Below, piece by piece: positions 37,214-46,064 of a stretch of DNA of 56,181 nucleotides (positions are counted from its first letter, which is position 1; each line of letters begins with the position of its first letter). The position numbers were made by a program, and so were the translations under genes. The stretch spans positions 1-56,181 of the IMG/VR virus record IMGVR_UViG_3300021420_000040; one strand, given 5' to 3'. The notes beneath the pieces were generated by a model that was not told the origin of the DNA, ran no database searches, and saw only the letters and a list, made by a program, of their open reading frames with translations. This DNA is from a virus. Its lineage: Duplodnaviria > Caudoviricetes.

Positions 37214-37396
37214 TTAATCGGTGGGCAACTGCAAGACACCTTCGGCAGCTATACAAATCCAATACCGTCCCTTTTTGTCTTTGTAGGTGGGGATTCCAAA
37301 AGCAGCGAAGGTTCCGTTCTGGCAAAGATGACGGATTGTGATGGGAGAGCGATTAAAAAATCGAGCCGTGTAGGCGACTGATCGCCAAGTGTTCAT
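37214..37396 (-). CDS. Small HTH-like protein
   Basis: SVAYTARFFNRSPITIRHLCQNG; ATGA overlap. Confidence 0.55.
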   Translation of the reverse strand: MNTWRSVAYTARFFNRSPITIRHLCQNGTFAAFGIPTYKDKKGRYWICIAAEGVLQLPTD

Positions 37397-37740
37397 TTCC
37401 TGCCCACTTTTGCCAGTGCTGCAAGCTCCATTTCCTTCTGCACGGCCTCGGCGATCTCTTCCCAATCGGGAATGTCCAAAATCTCAAGAGCGTGAGCCAC
37501 GTCAATCATGCCTACTTTTTTCAGTTCAATAATTTGGGATCGAAGGGCTGATTCCGACATGGGCCGAATGGAACCTTCCGCGAGCCGGATGTCGTAGCGG
37601 TCTGCCGCTTCCGCTGGCTCCCACACTACCTTGTCCGACATATCGGCGCTTTGTTCTTCGGGCTTCTTCTGGTCTTCGTTCGGAGCCGATTGCTTCAGTT
37701 TGTCCATCAACATCCCGAGTGTGCCCTGTGCTCCGCTCAT
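37393..37740 (-). CDS. Portal protein, C-terminal part
   Basis: YDIRLAEGS..P.S...R...LKKVGMID....LEILDIP.WEEI resembles P22-like portal C-termini. Confidence 0.65.
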   Translation of the reverse strand: MSGAQGTLGMLMDKLKQSAPNEDQKKPEEQSADMSDKVVWEPAEAADRYDIRLAEGSIRPMSESALRSQIIELKKVGMIDVAHALEILDIPDWEEIAEAVQKEMELAALAKVGRK

Positions 37741-39236
37741 ACGGTGGCCTCACGTACCGCTTTTTTGATCTTCCGGCTGGAATAGAACGTGCGCTTGTTC
37801 GTCTGAAAAGTGGCCATTGTGTAGAACGCCAGTTCCGCTGCACGCTGCACCGAATAGGCGAAAAGCCTTGATTTTAGGCGGGTAATCGACTGTGACTGGC
37901 TCACCGAAGATTCGAATAGATCAGCGGAAATGTTCCCGGCTCCGGGATTTCCCTGCCTCGATTGCGTGAATCCCTGGAGTTCCTTCTGAAGTTGCAGATA
38001 TTGCATCGGAAGCTGGACCATCTGTGCCGGCATCTGCGGGGGATACTTGAATTCAATCGAGTTCTGCGGAGAGTTCGGATCGACCACGATCAATTCTCCC
38101 GGCAGTCCTCCAATTGAATCCGCCGTGATTCCCGAGGCCGCGTTAATGACCACCACCGCGTTGTTCGTCCGGTAGGCATTCTCGAAAGTCTGCGTCATCA
38201 ATCGTTCCGAGGCGTCCTGCAAACTCTTGGTGATCTTCGAAGGGGCCGGTGCCCACACCGTATCGTAGGGAGGAAGCGCCCACACCGGAACTATCGGCCA
38301 CATGAGTTGAAGCGGCACCCAACTGTCGCCGTCTACTAAGATGGTTCCTTCGGCGTCTACAATCATTCTGCCATTCGGGTATTTCGGGAGCATCTTCGGA
38401 ATCGGCATCGAGCGCTTGGCGAATTCGGTTTTTTCGGCATCGGTCGGCTCTCGAAGCGTCGAATCTTTGGCGTAAAGAGTCCGCAATCGGAGGAGTCCAT
38501 CGGCGTTGTACTGCTGCCCTCCGGGAAGTCCCCGGACTGTTACCGACATTGGCCCGGGAGGCATCTCAATTCCGCCGGCGGGAGGGCCTGCCAGAGCCTC
38601 GGCTTTGGCCGTCTTCGGATTGATCTGGTCGGAATGGTCGGGGAAGCGTAACTTGATCTCATCGAGGTACATCTGGTCTTCGATGCAAACCCATGTCCAG
38701 TCATCCGGCCACGGGCTGATCGGATCGACGTAAATTCCCTGCTGTTTACGCGCTCGGAGCCAGGTATTTCCTTCTCCCTGCCGAGCGAGCGGATCGTATC
38801 CGACCTGAAGGAACGAAGTACCGCCGAACTGCGCAAATATCTGCGATTGCAGCAGATAGAAGTTGAATTTCTCCTGCTTCCAATGCTCCTGGAAGGCTTT
38901 CTCGCGCTGCTCGTCTCGGCCATTCTCTTTGTGATTGATGTGGACGCGGATCGAAGCGTCGGTCAGGTCGGTAGCGTCGGAGAGAAGCAAAATCTGAAGC
39001 TGTGGAGCGCGGATTTGCGGACGGAAGGTCGGAGTCTTGCGGGTGCGATCACGTAGATTATAGAAATTAAGGGTGTCTTCGTCGTGATTTGGTCCGTAAA
39101 CCTCTCTTCTCGCATCTTCACTTATGCGAATCAATTCGTCCAGTTGGCGGCTTCTCAGGTCTTTTTCCGAACCGGAATCACCGCTATTCTGCGGGGTTGC
39201 GCCGCCCGAAGTTCGGAACACTGTAAATGGGGGCAT
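37737..39236 (-). CDS. Portal protein, N-terminal part (P22-like)
   Basis: GTSFLQVGYDP, IYVDP, KYPNGR, SLQD, G...SRQG; position between terminase and scaffold. Confidence 0.82.
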   Translation of the reverse strand: MPPFTVFRTSGGATPQNSGDSGSEKDLRSRQLDELIRISEDARREVYGPNHDEDTLNFYNLRDRTRKTPTFRPQIRAPQLQILLLSDATDLTDASIRVHINHKENGRDEQREKAFQEHWKQEKFNFYLLQSQIFAQFGGTSFLQVGYDPLARQGEGNTWLRARKQQGIYVDPISPWPDDWTWVCIEDQMYLDEIKLRFPDHSDQINPKTAKAEALAGPPAGGIEMPPGPMSVTVRGLPGGQQYNADGLLRLRTLYAKDSTLREPTDAEKTEFAKRSMPIPKMLPKYPNGRMIVDAEGTILVDGDSWVPLQLMWPIVPVWALPPYDTVWAPAPSKITKSLQDASERLMTQTFENAYRTNNAVVVINAASGITADSIGGLPGELIVVDPNSPQNSIEFKYPPQMPAQMVQLPMQYLQLQKELQGFTQSRQGNPGAGNISADLFESSVSQSQSITRLKSRLFAYSVQRAAELAFYTMATFQTNKRTFYSSRKIKKAVREATV

Positions 39237-39548
39237 TTATATTTCCGACCTCTTGGCAAATTCAGACGCCTTAAAGACCGCATCGGTTTCGGTAACGCTC
39301 CCTCCAAATTCTTGATAAACATGCGTGTCGGCATCCCAGTTATGCACAGTCACTTTGCGGGGCATGACAAAATAAATGCCAGGGAAATCAATCTTGTGTT
39401 TCTCTCTGGTCTTTTCGCAGTTATAGCACTGGCAGTTGCCTTCATGTACGTAATACGTGATCCCATCCCACAATTTTTTTGTGCAATGCAATTCATAATC
39501 AGAACGCATTTCCTCGATGGTTGGAATCTTGTTAAGATCGTGGATCAT
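39237..39548 (-). CDS. Hypothetical protein
   Basis: 103 aa ORF coupled to its neighbours. Confidence 0.6.
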   Translation of the reverse strand: MIHDLNKIPTIEEMRSDYELHCTKKLWDGITYYVHEGNCQCYNCEKTREKHKIDFPGIYFVMPRKVTVHNWDADTHVYQEFGGSVTETDAVFKASEFAKRSEI

Positions 39549-40024
39549 TGAACCGTTTCCACTTTCTTCGGGACAGCGGCGGTATTCAGAAACTTCTGAA
39601 GCTGTTCAATCGCACTTTCTTGCGTCGATCCGCCTTCATCCTTCAATGACTCCCGAACCTTGAAAATCAAGTCCGCGTAATCCTTCGGAGCCATAAACTC
39701 AGGTGCCAGTACATCTCCTGTACTAGATAGCCCGATAAGAAGTTTTCGATCCGCATGCGCCTCTTTGCTCAGAACGTCCTGGCCGAACTGCTTCCAAATC
39801 TTGCCCCATACTTTCTGGCTGCTTAGGCCGGAGAAGTCGGAGGTACTGTCCGAAACTTCGTCCCCTTCCCGTCGGCCACTTCCCGAGCTAATGCTTGCTT
39901 CCTTTCGAGGGCTTCTTCCAGGTCCGCCAGTTGCTCGTCCGACCGCCAATTCCGGCGAATCACTTCCTGCTGTGCCTGGGTCTGGGCTGCATTGATCGGA
40001 ACTTCCTCTTTTGGTCGGAGCCAT
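39545..40024 (-). CDS. Hypothetical protein overlapping the upstream gene
   Basis: GGAG before ATG 40024; disordered N-terminus overlaps 39823..40245. Confidence 0.55.
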   Translation of the reverse strand: MAPTKRGSSDQCSPDPGTAGSDSPELAVGRATGGPGRSPRKEASISSGSGRREGDEVSDSTSDFSGLSSQKVWGKIWKQFGQDVLSKEAHADRKLLIGLSSTGDVLAPEFMAPKDYADLIFKVRESLKDEGGSTQESAIEQLQKFLNTAAVPKKVETVQ

Positions 40025-40245
40025 GCGGCACTCTCCGGTGGGACGAGCATTATCTTCCCGCTCGTTACCCGCACCACAATTTCAGACGTAGCTCGGTCGT
40101 ACTCTAACAGAAGAGCGAAGCCTTTTTCCAAGGAATCGTAAGCCACGCCCTTTAAGCGTAACTCCCCGCCTTGCTCGATGGCCAGAGCTACGAGCAAGCG
40201 AGCTACTGCTTTAGGATCATTTGGGTTCAGGTCGTAAGCGGGCAT
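39823..40245 (-). CDS. Hypothetical protein
   Basis: GAGG RBS, directly after terL. Confidence 0.65.
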   Translation of the reverse strand: MPAYDLNPNDPKAVARLLVALAIEQGGELRLKGVAYDSLEKGFALLLEYDRATSEIVVRVTSGKIMLVPPESAAWLRPKEEVPINAAQTQAQQEVIRRNWRSDEQLADLEEALERKQALAREVADGKGTKFRTVPPTSPA

Positions 40246-41982
40246 TTAGGCTACCTCTTCCTCGTCATCTTTTTTCGGATGGTCTATCAATCGGGAAATC
40301 ATTTCGAAGTGTCGGCGCATCGCCGCTTCCGGCTCGTACTGGACCGTATCCCCTCGGCCTCGAATCTGACGGATAGCGTCAGCCATGTCTTCATCGGCCT
40401 GGGGCCTCACTGGATTCGGGCTTCTCGGGGGAGCGTACTGCCGCATGGCAATATTGCCGAGCATCGCTCCGAAAAGAATGTCGTCGTGCCCTTCCTCGAC
40501 TTCGGGCCTAACGTCCTTGATGGTGCAGCGCTCGATCTGGCTGGCAAGGGCATCATCGAAGATTGATATTCCATAGTCACCGTCAGTGCCTGAGCCTTCC
40601 CGAAGCCCGACACGCAACTGCTCGAATAGCACGGTGCGCATGTGCCCGGTAGTTTCAAATCCGAAGGTCATCCGACTCTTCGATCCAGCGATTTTGTCGT
40701 CTTTGCCTTTCCAGAAGTAGATATTCGGATACTTGAGTCCATCGCGGAGCATCGAGAGAACTGTATATCCGTAACCTCCTGTAAGTTCAGGGTTAAGCAT
40801 CGCCCGGTTATAGTGTCGGCCAATCGAAGCTCCATAGGTCGCAAATAATTCGGGGATGCAATACGCAGAGTAACGAGCGACCTGATGCCCTGTATTTCCA
40901 TTCCAAACGACCATTGCAGAAAAGTCTCGCCCTTCGATACCTCTAGCAGCGTCCATCCCCGCGTAGTAGTAATCTCCGGGTCGAGGGTCTTCCCAGATGT
41001 GGAGGTCGCCTTTGTAGTGCTCTCGGAACTTGAATTCTCCTTCGAGCGATTTTTCAAGGAACCCCCTAGCCTTCGGTGGTCGGACGTTCTTCTTTGCCCA
41101 TCTTACCTCTTCTCCGGTGAATGCGGGGCGTCCTGAAGCGATGAAACTTTCTTCTGCTGTAGTGGGATATTCTTGATGAAAGGTATCAATGTTTCCTCCG
41201 CATTCCGGAGAACTGATCTTGAGTCTCCGCCATGCGAGTTGCGCTTTCGAGAATCCTCTGGCGAGCAGTTCTTTTTCTTCTTCATCGGCGGGCGCATCCT
41301 TTGCGAATTCTTCCGGCGCTACGCAGGCCGGATCGTCGGTCCAACTAAGAAATACCGCTTCCCACTCGCTCTTGCCCTCGGCAGCATCCCAATACATATC
41401 GTGGAATACTTCCCCGTCGCCTTCGGAGCCGTTCGGCGTCGATTCGATCACTCCGATGGTTTCCTTGTGTCCCGAAAGCGCCGGCAGCAGGGAAATGAAG
41501 GCATCGGGTGAAACCCAGTGAGCGCACTCGCTGGCATGTAGGGCTGACAGCGTGAATCCTCGGCCAGAGGTATCTTTGCCAGCGGTAATAATTTGGATTA
41601 CGCTATCTTGTCCCGATGGTCGGGGGAAGGTAAGCTGCCGCTCAATCTGCTTGATATTCAGGAACGGTACTGCCGGAATGAAGTCCTTCGGTACGCGGAA
41701 TAGTTCCTTCGAAGTCTTGAACTCGTGGGCAACGATCAGGGAATGCGATCCGGGAAGGCAGATGGCGTGGCAGAACAGAAGTCCTTCCGTCCAAGATGAG
41801 CAGGTCACACGACGGGCCTTGTCCACAATTAAACGTATGGGCTTACCAGCGTCTTTCTGTTTCTGGGCCGCGAGATGGAGTTTTTTCTGATTGAACTTAA
41901 ATATGAACGGAACAGTTATATGGCTATCTCTGTCCTTAATTCCGAGTCCGTTTAAGAATCGCTCGCAAGCATCTAGGTTCAT
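40246..41982 (-). CDS. terL: Terminase large subunit
   Basis: KARR Walker A variant, GRGFTL..LHASE, ESTPNG, FHQEYP, GMDAARG, HDDILFG. Confidence 0.92.
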   Translation of the reverse strand: MNLDACERFLNGLGIKDRDSHITVPFIFKFNQKKLHLAAQKQKDAGKPIRLIVDKARRVTCSSWTEGLLFCHAICLPGSHSLIVAHEFKTSKELFRVPKDFIPAVPFLNIKQIERQLTFPRPSGQDSVIQIITAGKDTSGRGFTLSALHASECAHWVSPDAFISLLPALSGHKETIGVIESTPNGSEGDGEVFHDMYWDAAEGKSEWEAVFLSWTDDPACVAPEEFAKDAPADEEEKELLARGFSKAQLAWRRLKISSPECGGNIDTFHQEYPTTAEESFIASGRPAFTGEEVRWAKKNVRPPKARGFLEKSLEGEFKFREHYKGDLHIWEDPRPGDYYYAGMDAARGIEGRDFSAMVVWNGNTGHQVARYSAYCIPELFATYGASIGRHYNRAMLNPELTGGYGYTVLSMLRDGLKYPNIYFWKGKDDKIAGSKSRMTFGFETTGHMRTVLFEQLRVGLREGSGTDGDYGISIFDDALASQIERCTIKDVRPEVEEGHDDILFGAMLGNIAMRQYAPPRSPNPVRPQADEDMADAIRQIRGRGDTVQYEPEAAMRRHFEMISRLIDHPKKDDEEEVA

Positions 41983-42404
41983 GTGGTAGTTCCGGCCCCA
42001 CCACCTTGCTTCTTAGTGTATTCATTGGCGCATAATTCTGAGCAGAAATAGATCGACTTTATGACGCCGGGATGATGGATGTCATTATAGTCACGCTTCG
42101 CAATCCACTTGGGCATGCCATTCGGCTTTAGGCCGGATAGATTCTTCCCGCACGTCGGTCCAGAGCACTTGATATGCTTCTCGTTTCCGATGCGTTCATT
42201 CAGGATTCGAGCGCCTTCCTCCCAGATGTTCTGCAAGTCATGGTGGTATTCGAGAGCGCGGTCGATCCGAAGGTCGTGGAAGGGCCGAATCCAGTCCTCC
42301 CGATCCTGCTTCACTTGGTCCCAACGTATCTGGACCGCTTTGCGCCGGACTTCAGAGATGTGCTTCTCTTTTTCGACTTCTGCAACCACGGGTTCTTCAG
42401 GCAT
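41979..42404 (-). CDS. Hypothetical protein with TRASH-like Zn motif
   Basis: C...CGK...YFCSELC. Confidence 0.6.
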   Translation of the reverse strand: MPEEPVVAEVEKEKHISEVRRKAVQIRWDQVKQDREDWIRPFHDLRIDRALEYHHDLQNIWEEGARILNERIGNEKHIKCSGPTCGKNLSGLKPNGMPKWIAKRDYNDIHHPGVIKSIYFCSELCANEYTKKQGGGAGTTT

Positions 42405-42742
42405 TATCGGTGTCCTCTCGCACCCCCGCTTACGAATCCTCCGAGCAGGGCCATCGCGTAGTCAACTAGGTCTTGCTGCATGGCCGTGTTCAATGATATT
42501 CCGAATCGATCCAGCCGGACGGCCAGTTCTTCCATTTCCTCTTTCAGAACGGTGCTGACTGCTTCCTCGACATTGATGTGTGCCTGTGTCGGTCGGGCGC
42601 TCCCTTGCGCCTGCACTTCGGGAGGGTCGGGGATATGATCGACCTTCACCGTCTCCCGGGGCGGATCGGGCACGTCGGGATTGATGCCGTATTGCTCGGC
42701 CATTTCCCGATTGTAGCGAAGGGCTGGTTTACGTTCAGGCAA
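42404..42742 (-). CDS. Hypothetical protein
   Basis: Coupled ORF upstream of terL. Confidence 0.6.
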   Translation of the reverse strand: MPERKPALRYNREMAEQYGINPDVPDPPRETVKVDHIPDPPEVQAQGSARPTQAHINVEEAVSTVLKEEMEELAVRLDRFGISLNTAMQQDLVDYAMALLGGFVSGGARGHR

Positions 42743-42977
42743 AAATCCGCGCCTTCTTTTCTCGGGCGCGTCGAGCTTCTACTTCTCGGCGGAAGCGCTC
42801 TTGTTCTGCCCGGAATTTCCCGCCCTCGATGGCCTGAGATTTGCTCACAACCCAATCTAGCTTGCATGTATCGCAGTGGAACAACCAACTGTCATCCGTT
42901 TCACCGACGAGCTTGATGGCGCTCCGCTCACATCCTCTTTGTTTCGTATGGTTCGGACACTTAGGCAACTCGCTCAA
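42735..42977 (-). CDS. Small Zn-ribbon protein
   Basis: CPNH...C...FHCDTC; GAGGGAG RBS. Confidence 0.6.
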   Translation of the reverse strand: MSELPKCPNHTKQRGCERSAIKLVGETDDSWLFHCDTCKLDWVVSKSQAIEGGKFRAEQERFRREVEARRAREKKARIFA

Positions 42978-43344
42978 TTTGCTCGTACTCCCTCATGTTC
43001 CGGCGAATGTCGCAATCGACATACCGGGATTTCTGGTTCCATTTCCACCAGCGAATGTATCCCTTGCCGATATGCTTGAATGGCATGGGAGTCCGGCCAA
43101 GTGCTTTGCTTCTGATTAGATATTCCTCGTAGCGCATCCGGCACTGGTCCATGACGATCTTGTAGTGTTCCGGGGAAAGGTTGGTGATCTTGCCGTGGCC
43201 GACTTCGAACAGGAGATGACGAACGTAACGTGCCCAGTTGGCCCGCTGCCGAATGGCTTGCCGGCTTCCCGGCATGATCTTTACCGGGAGTAGTACCCAA
43301 TCATCGACGGTCGGCACCGTTCGAAGAAGGGAAGTGGCCATCAT
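42961..43344 (-). CDS. Hypothetical protein, probably leaderless
   Basis: Promoter -10 lies 7 nt before the ATG. Confidence 0.6.
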   Translation of the reverse strand: MMATSLLRTVPTVDDWVLLPVKIMPGSRQAIRQRANWARYVRHLLFEVGHGKITNLSPEHYKIVMDQCRMRYEEYLIRSKALGRTPMPFKHIGKGYIRWWKWNQKSRYVDCDIRRNMREYEQIERVA

Positions 43345-43351
43345 GCCCGAG

Positions 43352-43417
43352 AGAATAGTCCCTTATCCCGATGCGTGTCAAACAATTACTTGAAAACAGC
43401 TTAGTTTGTAGTAGGAT
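43352..43417. promoter_or_regulatory. Back-to-back sigma70-like promoters
   Basis: Minus strand TTGACA-18-TATTCT; plus strand TTGAAA-16-TAGGAT. Confidence 0.6.
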
Positions 43418-43425
43418 ACGGAATC

Positions 43426-43590
43426 ATGGCCATGTCGGCTCAAGAGATTATCAAGCAGCACCACGCCGAAATGGGCCGGCGGGGAGGCCAGTCCAAGAGC
43501 GCTGCCAAGAAGCGAGCGTCTATCGCCAATCTCGAAAAGGCCCTCAGTAAGCGGTGGAAGAAGAAGTTCCGGTTGCGGAAGCCGAAATGA
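43426..43590 (+). CDS. Small basic protein with KGG-like motif
   Basis: Own translation ...AEMGRRGGQSKSAAKKRASIANL... Confidence 0.65.
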   Translation: MAMSAQEIIKQHHAEMGRRGGQSKSAAKKRASIANLEKALSKRWKKKFRLRKPK

Positions 43591-43733
43591 GATACGGGCT
43601 TATGATTGGAAAGAAGCTCTCGGCCCTACAGGCGGCTGTCGATCCGCTCTACCGGGTAATCATGCTGCTTTTGATGGTGGTCGAAATCGGCCTGCTTTGC
43701 TGGCTTATTACTCTCGAAGCCCTACACCGATGA
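43587..43733 (+). CDS. Small single-TM protein
   Basis: ATGA overlap; VIMLLLMVVEIGLLCWLITL. Confidence 0.5.
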   Translation: MRYGLMIGKKLSALQAAVDPLYRVIMLLLMVVEIGLLCWLITLEALHR

Positions 43734-43858
43734 TCTCCCTAATCCTACTCGTTTTCTTCGTGTATTACGGGATTCCGTTCATCATCGACATGCTTGTGTT
43801 GCTCGTTCTGTTTATAGTCCGAATTTTTCCTAGGTCCGGAGCGGGTGCTCCATCTTAA
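43730..43858 (+). CDS. Small hydrophobic protein
   Basis: ATGA overlap; MISLILLVFFVYYGIPFIIDMLVLLVLFIV. Confidence 0.45.
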   Translation: MISLILLVFFVYYGIPFIIDMLVLLVLFIVRIFPRSGAGAPS

Positions 43859-44002
43859 TCCCGCATCGCTTGCAAAACCACGAAGGCTCATTGTTATAGA
43901 GGCCCCAGGTCGGCTGGTGCTTCGTCGCCCGCTGGTCCCCGTCGATCTTGCAAGTTCTCTTCGTCCAGGACTTCGGAACAGCCTGGACCTCGATGGTCAT
44001 TC

Positions 44003-44572
44003 TCATGGGACTTGCATCCACCACAGGGGGTTGCTGATGCTGTAGCCTGCTCCGATGTGATTGAATCGAATGGCCGGCATCGACCCTGTTTTGTAGCCCT
44101 TGCGGTTCATCTCCGAGCAAATCGTATCATCCACTCGGGTCGGATCGCACTTATTGAACTCGGTTAGGATGCCCTTCCGAACGAAAGCTATCCCTCCAAC
44201 GGAATGCTTTTCGATGACTTCCGGCTCATGGAGCCAGTCCGATCCCGAGGGATAATCCCCATCCGAGATGCTAGTCGCAGCGAGTAGTCCGAACTCGGAA
44301 TGCCGTTCCATAACTTCGATGCCCCGCTTCACGAAGTTCTTTCCGAGGATCAGGCAGTCATTGTCGGTCACCACGTAGATCGGACCATTCGCTACTTTCT
44401 CGGCTGCGGCCTTAGCTTTAATGGTGTCGTTTTTAATTGGGGCAAGATAGCAGTCCGGTTCGAGCCACCAGCGTTTCCAGCAGACCATCGACATTGCTCT
44501 CCGGAGAGGATTGCCGCCATCGAAGTCGAGGATGAAGACACTAATCACAGTACTGTCGATTGGCCTGCGCAT
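44003..44572 (-). CDS. GT-A fold glycosyltransferase-like protein
   Basis: YVVTDNDC DxD motif; D..IC..M..KGY...HIG. Confidence 0.75.
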   Translation of the reverse strand: MRRPIDSTVISVFILDFDGGNPLRRAMSMVCWKRWWLEPDCYLAPIKNDTIKAKAAAEKVANGPIYVVTDNDCLILGKNFVKRGIEVMERHSEFGLLAATSISDGDYPSGSDWLHEPEVIEKHSVGGIAFVRKGILTEFNKCDPTRVDDTICSEMNRKGYKTGSMPAIRFNHIGAGYSISNPLWWMQVP

Positions 44573-45231
44573 TTGTTACAGAATCTTTTGCCTTGAACGA
44601 TCACCGTCATAAGCGAATTGCAATATGGGCACTCGCCGGCGCTGCTACTTGTCGGTCCCGGCTGCACTCCATCGGTCTTGTCGGTTCGGCTAAGATAAAA
44701 ATATAAAATCTCATCGACAAAATGTTCCGTCTTAACGATTCCGAGTTTGCTCAATTCTCCGGCCCATCGACTATCCTCGGCGAATCCTCCATACATAGGA
44801 ACGGCTAGTGCAAGCTCCCTGCGAATTGGATTTAGATGGGAAATATTCCGATGCCAGCTTTTCGATCCATCGGCGTAAGTTTTGTCGAACCAGCTTCCAC
44901 AGAGGAGGGAATGATAAGTAGGCCCGGGAAGATCAACGCCATCCTCGCTGGCCTGGACGCGAAATCCTATCTGGTCTACTCCGTCTAAAAGTGGAAGAAT
45001 GCGCGAAACATAGGTATCACTCACGCGGTCATCGTCGTCGATCACAGATATATATTCAGCATTCGTTTCCTCTCGCATTTTTTGACGATTGACTCCGAGG
45101 GGCAATGCCGGATCAAACATGCGGACCATGTGGCAAACTTCGGGCACAAGTTGCGGTTCGAGGTTGGCCCTAAGTCTTTTTAGAAAATCGGCCCGCGATG
45201 GTTGAGTCAAAGTTTGGATGCACCACTTCAC
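44545..45231 (-). CDS. GT2-like glycosyltransferase with C-terminal Zn ribbon
   Basis: EYISVIDDDD, ED..WA, ILYFY; CPYCNS..TV...G..CNKC. Confidence 0.8.
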   Translation of the reverse strand: MKWCIQTLTQPSRADFLKRLRANLEPQLVPEVCHMVRMFDPALPLGVNRQKMREETNAEYISVIDDDDRVSDTYVSRILPLLDGVDQIGFRVQASEDGVDLPGPTYHSLLCGSWFDKTYADGSKSWHRNISHLNPIRRELALAVPMYGGFAEDSRWAGELSKLGIVKTEHFVDEILYFYLSRTDKTDGVQPGPTSSSAGECPYCNSLMTVIVQGKRFCNKCAGQSTVL

Positions 45232-46064
45232 TTCCGCACCCGCTCGAAGACCAACCCGCAGGCATTGCATGCTACCTTTCCGTCGTAGGGAACCGTCATA
45301 ATCGACCCGCACTTCGGGCATTTGCCCATACTCAGGACTCCCGGAGTCTTGGGAGGGGTCCAGCCGTGCGTATCGACGGCAGAGTCCATGAGTTTTGCTA
45401 GCTTTTCGGCATCTCGGACGCGCTCGGCAGTCATTTCGGGACTGTAGTACAGGGAGTCGGGATCATCTTCTCCGTGCCGGGCGAGCCGTTCTTTCGTGGT
45501 TTCGTCCTCCATCTCTGGGAAGCCGTGCGAGAAGTGCCGGTGTTCGATGTCGAAAGGAACAAAACGCCTCCTGCCGATCCTATCAGCCAGTTCATTAATC
45601 CAAGCATCCCCAAAATCTGAACAGAAGTACGGCGGAATAAAATAACCAAGCGCCTCGACCCACCGACGGCTGATGAAGGGATGCGGTCCGAAGTCGCCCT
45701 GATGACCCAGCACATCTCGGCCATGCACTAGAAGAATCTTGTCGGGCACCTCGGCGAAAGCGTTTTCTACTAAAGCGTTCCAGTGATTCGTCATAAAAAC
45801 CATGTCATCGTTTGCCTGCTGAACAATATCCCCATGACAGGCTTCGAAACATTCATTCCAGTAGATCGTCATCACCCTACGGCGTGGACCAATGATGACC
45901 TTGGCGTCGCATTTTTCTGCTTCTCTCGCACTTTCTTCATCGTCTTCGTCAAAACGGGCAACTATTTCCAAGTCTCCAAAATCCGACACGTTTGCCCAAG
46001 CAGACTCCGCCATACGTTTGAATATTTCAGGCCGCTTCCGGGATGGTAAGAGCAATGAGATCAT
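45228..46064 (-). CDS. GT2-like glycosyltransferase with C-terminal Zn ribbon
   Basis: ISLLLPSRKRP, FDEDD, ANDDM, IEHRH; CPKCGS..TV...G..CNACG. Confidence 0.8.
   Translation of the reverse strand: MISLLLPSRKRPEIFKRMAESAWANVSDFGDLEIVARFDEDDEESAREAEKCDAKVIIGPRRRVMTIYWNECFEACHGDIVQQANDDMVFMTNHWNALVENAFAEVPDKILLVHGRDVLGHQGDFGPHPFISRRWVEALGYFIPPYFCSDFGDAWINELADRIGRRRFVPFDIEHRHFSHGFPEMEDETTKERLARHGEDDPDSLYYSPEMTAERVRDAEKLAKLMDSAVDTHGWTPPKTPGVLSMGKCPKCGSIMTVPYDGKVACNACGLVFERVRK

Noticed and set aside
37755-37775. Programmed -1 frameshift at CAAAAAAG joining the portal halves
   Set aside because: The -1 frame has TGA before the second ORF, and the run is not phased as A AAA AAG
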